DNA from: Patescibacteria group bacterium
GTDB lineage: Bacteria; Bacillota; Negativicutes; Sporomusales; Sporomusaceae
Assembly (NCBI GenBank): GCA_035560935.1
Contig: DATMYQ010000069.1
Span: 1 to 56,837, forward strand
Reading direction: 5' to 3'
DNA length: 56,837 nt
Shown one piece after another: positions 1 through 9,302 of the stretch. Position 1 is the first letter of the stretch, and each line of letters opens with the position of its first letter. The translations under genes were made by a program, and so were the position numbers. Under the pieces are notes generated by a model. That model was not told the origin of the DNA, did no database searches, and saw nothing but the letters and a program-made list of their open reading frames with translations.

Positions 1-1
1 G

Positions 2-616
2 TATTATGATGCCTTTTACTATATTTATGCGGAAAAAAATCAGGATTTGGACAAGCGAACGTCTTATAAAAAAAGAGATTCCGGACGCTTTAACCCGATG
101 CAGCTTTGCATTTCCCGCAGAATATTTCTGCCACAGGACCGGAATTCTATTCCCTTTCGCAGCTATGAAACCGGCCTGCTACAATACGGAGACGCCAATC
201 CGGACCATGAGCAGTATAATTCCCTGACGGATTTTGCCTTTAAGAACGGCAATCTGGAAATCCGTATTCCCTGGCAATTGTTAAATATTATGGATCCCTC
301 CACCAAAACGGCTATGGCAGATTTTTACCGTAACCGAGGAAAGCGGGTGGAAGCGAACTTTCCCCTGGAGGAAACCTTCATGAATTTTGAACGTGATGAC
401 GGAATCAAGGCACAGGGCATTGACGGGATCCATGTGGGCGTCGCGGCTGTGAAACAGGGGGAAGCCCACGATGCGCTCATTGGCATGGGTTATTATACCT
501 GGCCGACCTGGACATTGCCGACCTATCACGAAAGATTGAAAAAATCGTATGATATCTTGCAAAAAACATTGTCGGCGCTGAACGAAAAAGAAAATTCAAG
601 GGAGAAAGCAAAATGA
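2..616 (+). CDS. 3' portion of a CDS that starts left of the window; function unknown (possibly glycan-associated)
   Basis: The reading frame is open from base 2 with no stop (YYDAFYYIYAEKNQDL...). The 'M' at 47 in the ORF track is an internal TTG. The stop overlaps the next start (ATGA at 613-616). Confidence 0.5.
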   Translation, partial: YYDAFYYIYAEKNQDLDKRTSYKKRDSGRFNPMQLCISRRIFLPQDRNSIPFRSYETGLLQYGDANPDHEQYNSLTDFAFKNGNLEIRIPWQLLNIMDPSTKTAMADFYRNRGKRVEANFPLEETFMNFERDDGIKAQGIDGIHVGVAAVKQGEAHDALIGMGYYTWPTWTLPTYHERLKKSYDILQKTLSALNEKENSREKAK

Positions 617-1497
617 AAAAATTTGTAGTGGCCCTTGGTTTGGCGGCGGTCATTCTGCCGGGATTGCCCCCGGCGGCGCAGGCGGAACAGACGCCGGTGA
701 GAATATCCGCTTCTTACAATACGGACAGCGACGGAGTGTCTTTTACTAATTACAGCCTCACCACGGAAAGGAAAAATAATCCCTGGAACTACATGTATAC
801 CAATACCCGCATCCGACAGCGTGATTCAGAGGGGAATGTCATTACTGAAAATCGATTTACGGTGAACTGGCGGCAACCCATTGATGAAGAATCTTCGTTC
901 TCCGTATGGGCCGGGTACGCCAACAGCAATGTCTGGAAGTTTGCTGCGTTTGGCGCTCAGTATCATGGCGTGGTCAATTATACAGATCAGCTGCGATTGA
1001 GCTATGAGCATGACGCAGTACCCACCGTCGCCGCCTACAATGCACATATTTTGGGCGACCGGCTGTCCTGGAGCTATCAGCACGAGATCGACCGGAGACT
1101 CACGCTGGATTTGGCGCTGAAATACGCCAGATTCAGTGATAGTAATTTTCGTAAAACCGTCACGGTGGCGCTGACAAAAACCTTTAGTCCGCGTTACCGG
1201 CTGGGGCTTGAATACGGCTATGACACGTCGGATCTTAACAAAAAATCCGTATTTTATCTGCCCAAAGGAGAACATTCCTTATCCCTTGTTCCGGAAATTG
1301 CCTTGCCGGTTGGCGGCGGCATCCTGGTGATGACGATGAGCAAATCGTTGTTTTCACGCAATGTGAACGGCAATATCAACAGAACAACGTATGGGGCAAG
1401 ATATCGTTTGAAGAACCTTGAGATCGGGATGCAGTATTACCGTGATGATAACTATTGGTCGCGGGATTACTCCTTTTCCTGGAACAATCGGTGGTGA
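613..1497 (+). CDS. secreted protein, putative outer-membrane beta-barrel
   Basis: Signal peptide MKKFVVALGLAAVILPGLPPAAQA|EQ. Aromatic/polar alternating strands rich in Y/W/N/S/T. C-terminal aromatic residue (...SFSWNNRW). Translationally coupled to its neighbours. Confidence 0.55.
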   Translation: MKKFVVALGLAAVILPGLPPAAQAEQTPVRISASYNTDSDGVSFTNYSLTTERKNNPWNYMYTNTRIRQRDSEGNVITENRFTVNWRQPIDEESSFSVWAGYANSNVWKFAAFGAQYHGVVNYTDQLRLSYEHDAVPTVAAYNAHILGDRLSWSYQHEIDRRLTLDLALKYARFSDSNFRKTVTVALTKTFSPRYRLGLEYGYDTSDLNKKSVFYLPKGEHSLSLVPEIALPVGGGILVMTMSKSLFSRNVNGNINRTTYGARYRLKNLEIGMQYYRDDNYWSRDYSFSWNNRW

Positions 1498-2300
1498 TAA
1501 AAACGCTGAAACGAGTACTGACCGGCGGACTGCTTTGCTGCATCGCCGTGTTGCCGGCGTCGGCAGGTTGGGCGGAGAATGAAAAGCACATCTTCTTTTC
1601 CGGCTATGAATGGGAAGTGAAGTCGGGATACTACGGTCCGGGAAAAAACAACTGGTCACCGGACAATGTATGGGTGGACAAAGACGGCTTGCTGCATTTG
1701 AAAATTACCCGTGCCGGTGATCAATGGTATTGCGCCGAGTTGCTGTCGGTGGACCGTTTTGCTTATGGCGGTTATCTGTTTCAGGTCATTGGCGCCATTG
1801 ATCAGTTGGACCCGAATCTTGTGCTGGGCCTTTTCGTGTACCCGGATGACGGGAATCCGGATCCGGACAATGAACTGGACATTGAATTCACCCGCTGGGG
1901 GGAGCCGGAAGGGCCGGTGGGGCATTACACCGTGACGCAAGCCGAGGAGACGCACCGCTTTCCCTTTTCTCTGGCGGGCACGTATACCACTCACCGCTTT
2001 GTCTGGTCAGCCGACAACGTCTTGTTCCAAAGTTTTCACGGGCATACGGACAAAGCGACTTCAGAATTTCAGCGCTGGCTGTACCGGGCTGACGACTATG
2101 AGGAACAAATAACCGTTCCGCCGGTCCGGGTCCATATGAACCTCTGGTTGTTCCGGGGGACTCCGCCGCTGAATGGGGAAGAACAGGAAATTGTCGTTAA
2201 AAAATTCCAGTTTTTAGCGCCCGAAGACGGAAAAAAGAAAACGGCCGCGAATGACAGCCAAGACAGAATGTCCCGCGACGCGTTACCCGCCAGGAAATAA
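1494..2300 (+). CDS. secreted GH16-like (concanavalin-type) glucanase
   Basis: GTG at 1494 overlaps the upstream stop. Signal peptide ...CCIAVLPASAGWA. Carries the GH16 lichenase-type catalytic motif ExDxE in 'NELDIEFTRWG'. Confidence 0.6.
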   Translation: MIKTLKRVLTGGLLCCIAVLPASAGWAENEKHIFFSGYEWEVKSGYYGPGKNNWSPDNVWVDKDGLLHLKITRAGDQWYCAELLSVDRFAYGGYLFQVIGAIDQLDPNLVLGLFVYPDDGNPDPDNELDIEFTRWGEPEGPVGHYTVTQAEETHRFPFSLAGTYTTHRFVWSADNVLFQSFHGHTDKATSEFQRWLYRADDYEEQITVPPVRVHMNLWLFRGTPPLNGEEQEIVVKKFQFLAPEDGKKKTAANDSQDRMSRDALPARK

Positions 2301-2314
2301 TCGGGGTATAGACC

Positions 2315-2352
2315 AAAACGCACCCTTATGCATAAAACAGGGTGCGTTTTTT
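2315..2352. terminator. bidirectional intrinsic terminator between convergent genes
   Basis: Stem AAAACGCACCCT / AGGGTGCGTTTT, with an A-run on the 5' side and a T-run on the 3' side. Confidence 0.8.
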
Positions 2353-2386
2353 AATACAATGAAAATTTTCCGGGTTGCTCGCAGGC

Positions 2387-3257
2387 TCAGATCGCATAAT
2401 AATCGAAGGGCTCGGAAAACCGGACAAAAGCATCCACGGCGTTGATCTCCATCATTTCCTGCCGATAGATCATCCAGGTTTTGCGCGTGAGCGGCGTGCC
2501 GTCTTTATGGGTCAGAACAACCGTGTGGAGCCCGTGGGTATGGTTCAGAATCAGACGGGGCAAAATGGCGTAGCCGTGGCCGTTGAGAACCATTTCCTTG
2601 CAGGTGTCCACCCGGTCCACTTCCATGCTGATCCGGGGCGGGACGGTGAAGTTTTCCCGCCACCAGTTATCCATTTGAAGTTTGGCGAATTCGTCGGGGC
2701 GATAGTGGATGCGCGGCAAATGCGGCAGGTCCTGGAACTGGAAGGGTTCGCTGGATGCCAGGCACATGGTTTCCTCAAACAGCAGCTGCTTTTCATTGGG
2801 CCAGGGATATTCGCCGCGAATAAAACCGATATGGCAGTCCTGATTATGAACCAGATTCAGGATTTCCCGGCTCCAGGTCGTGATGACTTTTAACTCCACC
2901 CGGGGATGTTTTTCTTTGAACAGTTTCAACAATCGGGGCAGCTTGTATTTGGTCATAAAGGTTGACGCGGCAATGCGCAGCGTTCCCTGCACTTCCTCAT
3001 GCATGTTGGTGATCTGGTCTTTGATTTCCCGGATCCGGGCCAGCATGTCTCCGGCACAGCGGGCCAGGTGTTCTCCCTGGGGGGTAAAATGAGTTCCCTT
3101 GCCGGAACGGTAGATCAGCTTGGCTCCCAGTTCTTCTTCGATTTGGTGCAGGCGTGCCGTCAGTGCCGGCTGCGAAATAAATAATGCCTGTCCGGTTTTA
3201 GTGATGTTCCGCTTTATCCGCAAGGACATGGAAGATCAGCCAGTCGCGTTCATCCAT
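2387..3257 (-). pseudogene. LysR-family transcriptional regulator with an apparent 1-nt frameshift in the N-terminal HTH
   Basis: The long ORF 2387..3229 begins 'MSLRIKRNITKTGQALFISQPALTARL', which is mid-HTH. A strong RBS (AAGGAGAG) plus ATG at 3257 opens a different frame, MDERDWLIFHVLADKAEHH*, that stops at 3198. Joining the two frames around 3209-3213 gives a normal LysR N-terminus. Confidence 0.65.
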
Positions 3258-3559
3258 AGTTGCTCTCCTTAGCCGAGGGTGTTGTGAAATCTAACTATAT
3301 AAAAGGATTCGCGGCGACGGCGTTTTTTCCTTCGGGTAGCCCGGGAGTAATCCTGCCGGTGGAATTTGCGCGGGACCGTTTCCACGGCAGGAAGTACCAT
3401 TCAAAATACGGATGGCTGTTCATCGGAACGGTGAATTTTTCTTTCGCAACGGAAATAGGTATAATTTTTGCAAGAGGAGGGATTGCTTTGTGGTCGAATA
3501 TCGGGACGGAACAGTTCTGGATGTTATCCGGCGCCCGGCGATATAGCCAACAACCGCTG

Positions 3560-3606
3560 AAAAACACCTCGTCGCCAGCCGGCTTTGGCTGTTAACGGGG
3601 TGTTTG
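3560..3606 (-). terminator. intrinsic terminator after the LysE-family gene
   Basis: On the minus strand, AAACACC...GGTGTTT with an inner CAGCC/GGCTG stem, followed by TTTTT. Confidence 0.6.
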
Positions 3607-3633
3607 CGATTTAGAGGAATGTTTTTGGACGAT

Positions 3634-4263
3634 CTAGTACTGTTCCGCTAGGGCCAGCTTGACGCCCAGTCCTAGATAAATGACGCCGCAGAAGCGGTTG
3701 AGGCGGTCGGCCATCCGGGGATTAGCCCGCAGAAAGCCGGTCATTCCCGATGAGAACAGCACCAGCAGCAGGCACCAGAGGGTGCCGGTGATGAAAAAGG
3801 TTGTGCCGAGAATCAGAAACGGCAGCAGGCCGTACGGGTTGGACGGTGCGATAAACTGTGGCAGAAAGGAAAGAAAGAACAGGGCCACTTTGGGATTGAG
3901 CACGTTGGTCAGCAGTCCCTGGAGGAAGATTTCCCGGGGCGACAGGCAGCCGCCGGACTGAGGCAGGAGCGGATTGTTCCGGGCGAATAGCGTGGTGATT
4001 CCCAGATAGCCGAGATACAGTGCGCCAAGAAGTTTTACCAGCATAAACGCTTCGGCGGAGGTAGCCAAAATGGCCGATAAACCTAGCGCCGCCAGCAGTG
4101 TGTGGACGGTAATGCCGGAGCTGATGCCCAGTACGGAGTAAATGCCGGCTCGTTTGCCCTGGGAAATGCTGCGTCCCAGAATATAAAGGGTGTCGGAACC
4201 GGGCGTGAGATTGAGTAGAATTCCTGCGGCCAAAAACATTTCAAAATGTTGAATACCAAACAT
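3634..4263 (-). CDS. LysE/RhtB-family amino-acid exporter
   Basis: A 209-aa six-TM protein. The N-terminus 'FLAAGILLNLTPGSDTLYILGRSISQGKRAG' is typical of the LysE family. Confidence 0.85.
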   Translation of the reverse strand: MFGIQHFEMFLAAGILLNLTPGSDTLYILGRSISQGKRAGIYSVLGISSGITVHTLLAALGLSAILATSAEAFMLVKLLGALYLGYLGITTLFARNNPLLPQSGGCLSPREIFLQGLLTNVLNPKVALFFLSFLPQFIAPSNPYGLLPFLILGTTFFITGTLWCLLLVLFSSGMTGFLRANPRMADRLNRFCGVIYLGLGVKLALAEQY

Positions 4264-4473
4264 GGAACTCCTCCTTCACAAAATGATTAATTGCTGATAT
4301 TATAGCATGTTCTGCCGACACCGCCGAATATTTTCTCGATGCATTGCGGGAAAATTATGGTATCGTTTCCCCGAAAGGAGAAGGAGAACACTATGTATGG
4401 CAGAATCATTTTATATTAGAGAGCATTAACGGGGCGCGGACCCGAAACCAATGCAAGGAGAGGAGTGTTTGGG

Positions 4474-6171
4474 GTGAAGATTGGTGCAAAAATTGCGCTG
4501 GGTTTTTTCGTAGTGATTTTGATCATGGCTGTATCGGCGGGGATCAGCTATTACTTAATGGAGCGGATTCAGGAGCAGAGCGAAAATCTGCAGACGCATG
4601 AAGTGGTTCTGGCGACCCAAAGCAACCGCCTCGCTTACAATAGCGCGCTGAAAACGGCGGCGCTACGGGGATATATGATGAACCGGCAGTCGGGGTATCT
4701 GGAAGAATATAACCGGTTAAACCAGGAAGACGACAAATTGCTGCAAGAACTGGAAACCAAAGCAATAAACAACACAGATAAAGAATTGGTGCGTGAGATC
4801 AAAAAACTGGACCTAGCCTACCGGAAGCTTTTCCAGGAAAGAGCGATGCCGTTGATTCAAAGCGGTGACGGGGCGGCGTTGGCGGAGCTGATGAAAAATG
4901 AAGCGGTTCCGGCGGCGGCAGCCTGGAGAAGTAAAATTGAAGAATCAATGAAGTTTCGCGACAACCAGATTTATCAGGGCTTTGAAGCGGAACAGGGTTA
5001 TGCCGAACATGCTCAGACGCTGGTGTTGACGGGGCTGGCACTGGCCTTGGCGGTTGGAATCGCCATTGCCTGGCAGATTAACCGCGTGGTGGCCCGGCCG
5101 CTGGTTTTGGCGACGGGTTACATGGACCGGCTGGCGGAACGGGATTTCAGCGTGGAAATCAGTGAGGCGTCGCTGCGTCGAACGGATGAAATCGGCAGCC
5201 TGGCCCGATCGATGCACACTATGATTGTCAATATGAGAGAAATTCTGCAGACGCTGGCGCGGTCGGCGGAGCAACTGGCCAGTTCCAGCGAAGAACTGAC
5301 GGCCAGTGCCGCTCAGTCAGCCGACGGCGCGGCCAGTGTGGCCGCCTCCACCGACACGGTATCCGCCGGTTTGCAGACGGTGTCGGCATCTACCGAACAG
5401 ATTACCGCTTCAGCGGAAAATGTGGGGGCCAATTTAAGCCAGATTGCCGACAACGCCGCCAATGGCAACCAGACGGCCAGAACCGTCGAGCAGCAGGCCG
5501 TCAGTTTGCAGACCAACGCACAGAGCTCCCGGCGCTCGGCGGTCGATTTATATGAAGGAATCAGTGAACGGGTGGTCCTGGCCATTGCTGATGCCCGGAT
5601 TGTCGAGGAAATTTCCAGCATGGCAGCTTCCATCGCTACCATCGCCGGACAGACGAACCTGCTGGCGTTGAACGCCGCCATTGAGGCGGCCCGGGCCGGC
5701 GAGCAGGGCCGTGGTTTTGCCGTGGTGGCGGAGGAGGTGCGGAAACTGGCGGAAGAATCGTCTCGCTCCGTCGACGGTATTCAGGAATTGACCAAGCGGG
5801 TCCAGGCGGCGATCAGTCTGCTTGTTGACAACAGTAACGAACTCTTGCAGTTTCTTAACGGCACGGTGCGAAGCGATTATGACGCCTTTGTGAATGTGGG
5901 AGAACAGTATAAGAAGGATGCCGAGGATTTCCAGCGGATTACCGGCGATATCGGCGATAAGCTGCAGCAGGTAACGGGAGAAATGAGTGAAATCAACAGG
6001 GCCATTGAATCGGTGGCCGCCACCATGGAGGAAAGCGCCGGCAGCACGCAGCTCATTGCCAAGGGCACCGGTGAAGTGAGCCAGTCCTTGCAGGAAATTA
6101 CCCGGGCTTCCGGTGTTTTGGCGGAGTCAGCGGCGGAAATTAATCAGCTGCTGGTGAAATTTAAGATATAA
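4474..6171 (+). CDS. methyl-accepting chemotaxis protein (4HB-type sensor, HAMP, MA domain)
   Basis: Contains the conserved MCP hairpin '[40 protein letters not shown]'. GTG at 4474 lies 9 nt after GGAGAGGAG; the ORF-track start at 4465 abuts the RBS. Confidence 0.9.
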   Translation: MKIGAKIALGFFVVILIMAVSAGISYYLMERIQEQSENLQTHEVVLATQSNRLAYNSALKTAALRGYMMNRQSGYLEEYNRLNQEDDKLLQELETKAINNTDKELVREIKKLDLAYRKLFQERAMPLIQSGDGAALAELMKNEAVPAAAAWRSKIEESMKFRDNQIYQGFEAEQGYAEHAQTLVLTGLALALAVGIAIAWQINRVVARPLVLATGYMDRLAERDFSVEISEASLRRTDEIGSLARSMHTMIVNMREILQTLARSAEQLASSSEELTASAAQSADGAASVAASTDTVSAGLQTVSASTEQITASAENVGANLSQIADNAANGNQTARTVEQQAVSLQTNAQSSRRSAVDLYEGISERVVLAIADARIVEEISSMAASIATIAGQTNLLALNAAIEAARAGEQGRGFAVVAEEVRKLAEESSRSVDGIQELTKRVQAAISLLVDNSNELLQFLNGTVRSDYDAFVNVGEQYKKDAEDFQRITGDIGDKLQQVTGEMSEINRAIESVAATMEESAGSTQLIAKGTGEVSQSLQEITRASGVLAESAAEINQLLVKFKI

Positions 6172-6195
6172 AAGACGATTTGTTAAGTTATTGTA

Positions 6196-6232
6196 ACCCG
6201 CCGGGGTTGGCGGGTTGACTTCCCGGTTTTTT
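6196..6232 (+). terminator. probable terminator after the MCP gene
   Basis: Stem AACCCGCC/GGCGGGTT followed by a T-rich tract. It overlaps the next promoter. Confidence 0.4.
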
Positions 6233-6243
6233 CGGCATACAAT
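6215..6243 (+). promoter_or_regulatory. sigma-70-type promoter for the M-box leader
   Basis: TTGACT (6215-6220), 17-nt spacer, TACAAT (6238-6243). Confidence 0.65.
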
Positions 6244-6261
6244 AGAGGCGATAAGATAATA

Positions 6262-6430
6262 TATTCTCTGTTAGGTGAGGCTCCTGTATGAACACAGGCC
6301 ACTGCCCGGAAACGTCGAAAGACGCCAATGGGTAGAACAGGTATTACCGGCTTAAGGTTTTACCTAAGGTGGCTGAGATGATTCGCTATCTCTACGTCAT
6401 GCAGTGCCAAAGCTGGGACGAGTAGAGAAG
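6262..6430 (+). promoter_or_regulatory. M-box (ykoK-type) Mg2+ riboswitch aptamer
   Basis: Carries the conserved blocks GTTAGGTGAGGCTCCTGTA...ACAGGCCACTGCCCGGAAACGTCGAAAGACGCCAATGGGT...AACAGG...CCTAAGG...CTACGTCATGCAGTGCCAAAGCTGGGACGAG. These match the B. subtilis ykoK leader pattern and lie upstream of Mg-related genes. Confidence 0.9.
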
Positions 6431-6454
6431 GTCGCATATGATGGTTGGACGGAT

Positions 6455-6489
6455 AAAAGACCTTCGTTTTTTGGAGGTCTTTTTATTTT
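6455..6489 (+). terminator. riboswitch expression-platform terminator
   Basis: Stem AAAAGACCT / AGGTCTTTT followed by TTTATTTT. Confidence 0.8.
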
Positions 6490-6659
6490 GCTGTTTTGAC
6501 GATATGTCGTAAGGCAGCGCAGGCTAAGGATAAAAGGAGGTGGGGGGCATGGATTCGGGTCCCGGACGATTATCCAGGGTAGTGAAAAAACAGCACGGAC
6601 GGTGCGGTGGCGAATGGCCGGCGGCTTGGTTCCGTGCGCGAAAGAGGAGGTAAAGGACA

Positions 6660-7961
6660 ATGGCAGCAGTGAAGGTTTTGGGACAGTTTTATTTCAGCCG
6701 CTTGCTGGGGAATCCGGTGTATGACGCCACTGGCGCCAAGGTGGGCCGGATCAAGGATATGGCCATGCGCTGGGAAGGCGGTCACCCGCAGATTACGGGG
6801 ATCAAATATAAAAGCAAGGTGCACAATCTGATTCCGTTGGAGCAGGTGGCCAGCTGCGACGAACAGGCAGTCCGGCTGACTGGAGATTTTTCCGCGGCAC
6901 AGACCCGGCCGCTGCGGACGGATGACATTTACGTCAGTAAATGGCTGCTGGACAAGCAGATTATTGATTTGCAGGGTTCGAAGATTGTCCGGGTGAATGA
7001 CATCACCCTGTCCTGGATCGAACCGGAAGAAGTGCCGGGTGTTCGCCATATGATGCTGATGGCGGTGGATATTGGCGTTCGGGGATTATTCCGGCGGCTG
7101 GGTGTGGAGTTTATGGTCCGGCGGGTGAAGGAAAATTTGCTGGGCTGGCAATACTTCAGTCCGTTGGAAAGCTGGAACTCCAGCTTGCAAATAGTGCGGG
7201 ACAGACAACAGCTGAAAGACTTGCACCCGGCCGATATTGCTGATATGGTCGAGGAAATGGGCTATAAATACCGGGCCGAATTCATGAGTAACCTGGAGGC
7301 CCAGCAGGCCGTGGACGCGTTGGCGGAAATGGATCTGGAAACCCAGGTGGACATCATTGAACAGATGGATAAAGACAGGGCGTCGGATCTGCTGGAAGAG
7401 ATGCCGGCGGACGAAGCGGCGGACATTCTGGGCGAGCTGTCGGTGGACAAATCCGAGGAACTGCTGGAATTGATGGAAGAAGAGGACGCCGAGGACGTCC
7501 GGGAACTGATGCGCTACGAAGAGGGGACCGCGGGAGCGCTGATGACCACGGAATACATTGGCTTACCCAGCTCTCTGACGGTGGAACAGACCATCGTCCG
7601 GCTCCGGGAACTGGCGCCGGCGGCGGAAACCATCTACTACCTGTATGTGGTGGACGATGCGGAACGGTTGCTGGGCGTACTGTCGCTGCGGGAACTGATT
7701 ATCGCTGCGCCGGATAAGCCGCTGGGTGAACTGATGCACACCAAGGTGGCCAGTGTCCGGGATGACGACGATTACGAAACCCTGGCCGAGGTGGTCAATA
7801 AATACGGGCTGCTGGCGGTGCCGGTGGTGGATGCGGACAATGTGATGCGGGGCATCGTGACCGTCGATGATGTTCTGGATCAGATGCTGCCGGAACGCAG
7901 CGAAATGATGAATATTAATTACTGGTCGGTGAAACGGCCCGGGCGGGGGCGGGTACAATGA
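6660..7961 (+). CDS. soluble PRC-barrel + MgtE N-terminal + tandem CBS domain protein (no membrane domain)
   Basis: A PRC-like N-terminus is followed by the acidic MgtE_N helices 'LHPADIADMVEEM...EEMPADEAADILGEL...ELMEEEDAEDVRELM'. A CBS pair follows ('ALMTTEYIGL...YYLYVVDDAERLLGVLSLRELI...LLAVPVVDADNVMRGIVTVDDVLD'). The protein ends without TM helices. The stop overlaps the next start. Confidence 0.85.
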   Translation: MAAVKVLGQFYFSRLLGNPVYDATGAKVGRIKDMAMRWEGGHPQITGIKYKSKVHNLIPLEQVASCDEQAVRLTGDFSAAQTRPLRTDDIYVSKWLLDKQIIDLQGSKIVRVNDITLSWIEPEEVPGVRHMMLMAVDIGVRGLFRRLGVEFMVRRVKENLLGWQYFSPLESWNSSLQIVRDRQQLKDLHPADIADMVEEMGYKYRAEFMSNLEAQQAVDALAEMDLETQVDIIEQMDKDRASDLLEEMPADEAADILGELSVDKSEELLELMEEEDAEDVRELMRYEEGTAGALMTTEYIGLPSSLTVEQTIVRLRELAPAAETIYYLYVVDDAERLLGVLSLRELIIAAPDKPLGELMHTKVASVRDDDDYETLAEVVNKYGLLAVPVVDADNVMRGIVTVDDVLDQMLPERSEMMNINYWSVKRPGRGRVQ

Positions 7962-9226
7962 TTAAAAAAATACGGGGCCGTTTAGGTCTGTTTTTGGCGG
8001 TGATGGGGCCGGGGATTGTCACGGCCTTTGCCGATAATGACGCTGGCGGCATCGCCACTTACGCCGCTGCCGGCGCCAAATACGGCTATGCGCTGCTGTT
8101 CACCATGTTTGTCAGTACCGCCTGCCTGGCGGTGGCGCAGGAAATGTCGGCCCGGACCGGGGCGGTGACCGGGCGGGGGTTGGCGGATCTGATCCGTGAA
8201 CTGTACGGCGTGCGCTGGACATTCTTTGCCATGGTGGTGCTGCTGGTGGCCAATGTGGGCACGACCGCGTCCGAGTTTTCCGGGATTGCCACCAGTTTTG
8301 AGATTTTTGGCGTCAGTAAATATCTTTCCGTTCCCATCGCAGCGACGTTGATCTGGTGGCTGGTGCTGCATGCCAGCTACGAGCGGACCGAAAAAGTATT
8401 TTTGGCGCTCTGCGGCACGTTTATCAGTTACGTTTTGTCCGGCTTTATCGTGGATCCTCCCTGGGCGGAAGTGGCGGTGGCGTCGATAACACCGACCTTT
8501 GCCCGGGACGCGGAATTTCTGCTGATGGCTATCGGTGTTATTGGTACCACGATCACTCCCTGGGGCCAGTTTTACGTACAGGCGTCGATTGTGGACAAAG
8601 GAATCACGGCTAAAGACTATATCTATACCCGCTGGGACGTGTTGATCGGTTCTTTTTTTACCGGGTTTGTGGCTTTTTTCATTATTGTCGCCACAGCGGC
8701 GACGTTATACGTTAATCATGTGAGCATTGAGAGTGCCAAGGACGCGGCGCTGGCGCTGGCGCCGCTGGCCGGACAGTATGCCAGTACGCTGTTTGCGTTT
8801 GGACTGTTGGGCGCCTCGGTTCTGGCGGCCTTTATCCTGCCGCTCAGTACGGCCTACGCCATTTGCGAAGCCTTTGGCTTTGAACACGGCGTCAGCCGGG
8901 ATTACCGGGAAGCGCCGGTGTTTTTCGGCCTGTACACGGTACTGATCGTCATTGGCGCCGGACTGGTGCTGCTGCCGGGAATTTCCCTGTACAGCGTGAT
9001 GTTGATTTCGCAGGTGATCAACGGCGTGCTGCTACCGCCGATTCTGGTCTTTATGGTGCTGATTGCCAGTGACCGCAACATTATGGGAGACTACGCCAAC
9101 ACCCGTTGGTATAATATGGTATCCTGGATCTTTACCGGCGTGCTGATTATGCTGACGCTGCTGCTGCTGGCGGCGACGGTGGCACCGGAACGCACCGACT
9201 GGCTGCTGAAAATGATTGGTTTTTAA
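7958..9226 (+). CDS. Nramp-related divalent-cation transporter with non-canonical metal site (NRMT/NrmT-like, putative Mg2+ transporter)
   Basis: A polytopic 422-aa protein with an Nramp-type TM1 'GPGIVTAFADNDAGGIATYAAAGAKYGYALLF' and TM6 'IGTTITPWGQFYVQAS'. Canonical DPGN is replaced by DAGG, and MPH by TPW. Confidence 0.8.
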   Translation: MIKKIRGRLGLFLAVMGPGIVTAFADNDAGGIATYAAAGAKYGYALLFTMFVSTACLAVAQEMSARTGAVTGRGLADLIRELYGVRWTFFAMVVLLVANVGTTASEFSGIATSFEIFGVSKYLSVPIAATLIWWLVLHASYERTEKVFLALCGTFISYVLSGFIVDPPWAEVAVASITPTFARDAEFLLMAIGVIGTTITPWGQFYVQASIVDKGITAKDYIYTRWDVLIGSFFTGFVAFFIIVATAATLYVNHVSIESAKDAALALAPLAGQYASTLFAFGLLGASVLAAFILPLSTAYAICEAFGFEHGVSRDYREAPVFFGLYTVLIVIGAGLVLLPGISLYSVMLISQVINGVLLPPILVFMVLIASDRNIMGDYANTRWYNMVSWIFTGVLIMLTLLLLAATVAPERTDWLLKMIGF

Positions 9227-9234
9227 ACGTAAAA

Positions 9235-9274
9235 AACACGGCTCCGGCGATTGAATCGGGAGCCGTGTTTTTTT
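9235..9274. terminator. bidirectional intrinsic terminator
   Basis: Stem AACACGGCTCC/GGGAGCCGTGTT, flanked by an A-run and a T-run, between convergent genes. Confidence 0.8.
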
Positions 9275-9302
9275 GATAATTGCCATTGGCATTATCAGCG
9301 TA

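Noticed and set aside
3260-3595. 111-aa plus-strand ORF in the LysR-LysE spacer, including a possible TTG-initiated 35-aa tail after a TATAAT
   Set aside because: No convincing -35 or RBS-start combination exists for the long form. The region also contains the minus-strand terminator of the LysE gene. I kept it as non-coding.
4344-4420. Very short ORF MYGRIILY* after an AAAGGAGAAGGAG RBS upstream of the first MCP
   Set aside because: It has only 7 codons and no supporting structure or terminator. The purine-rich tract is most likely fortuitous.
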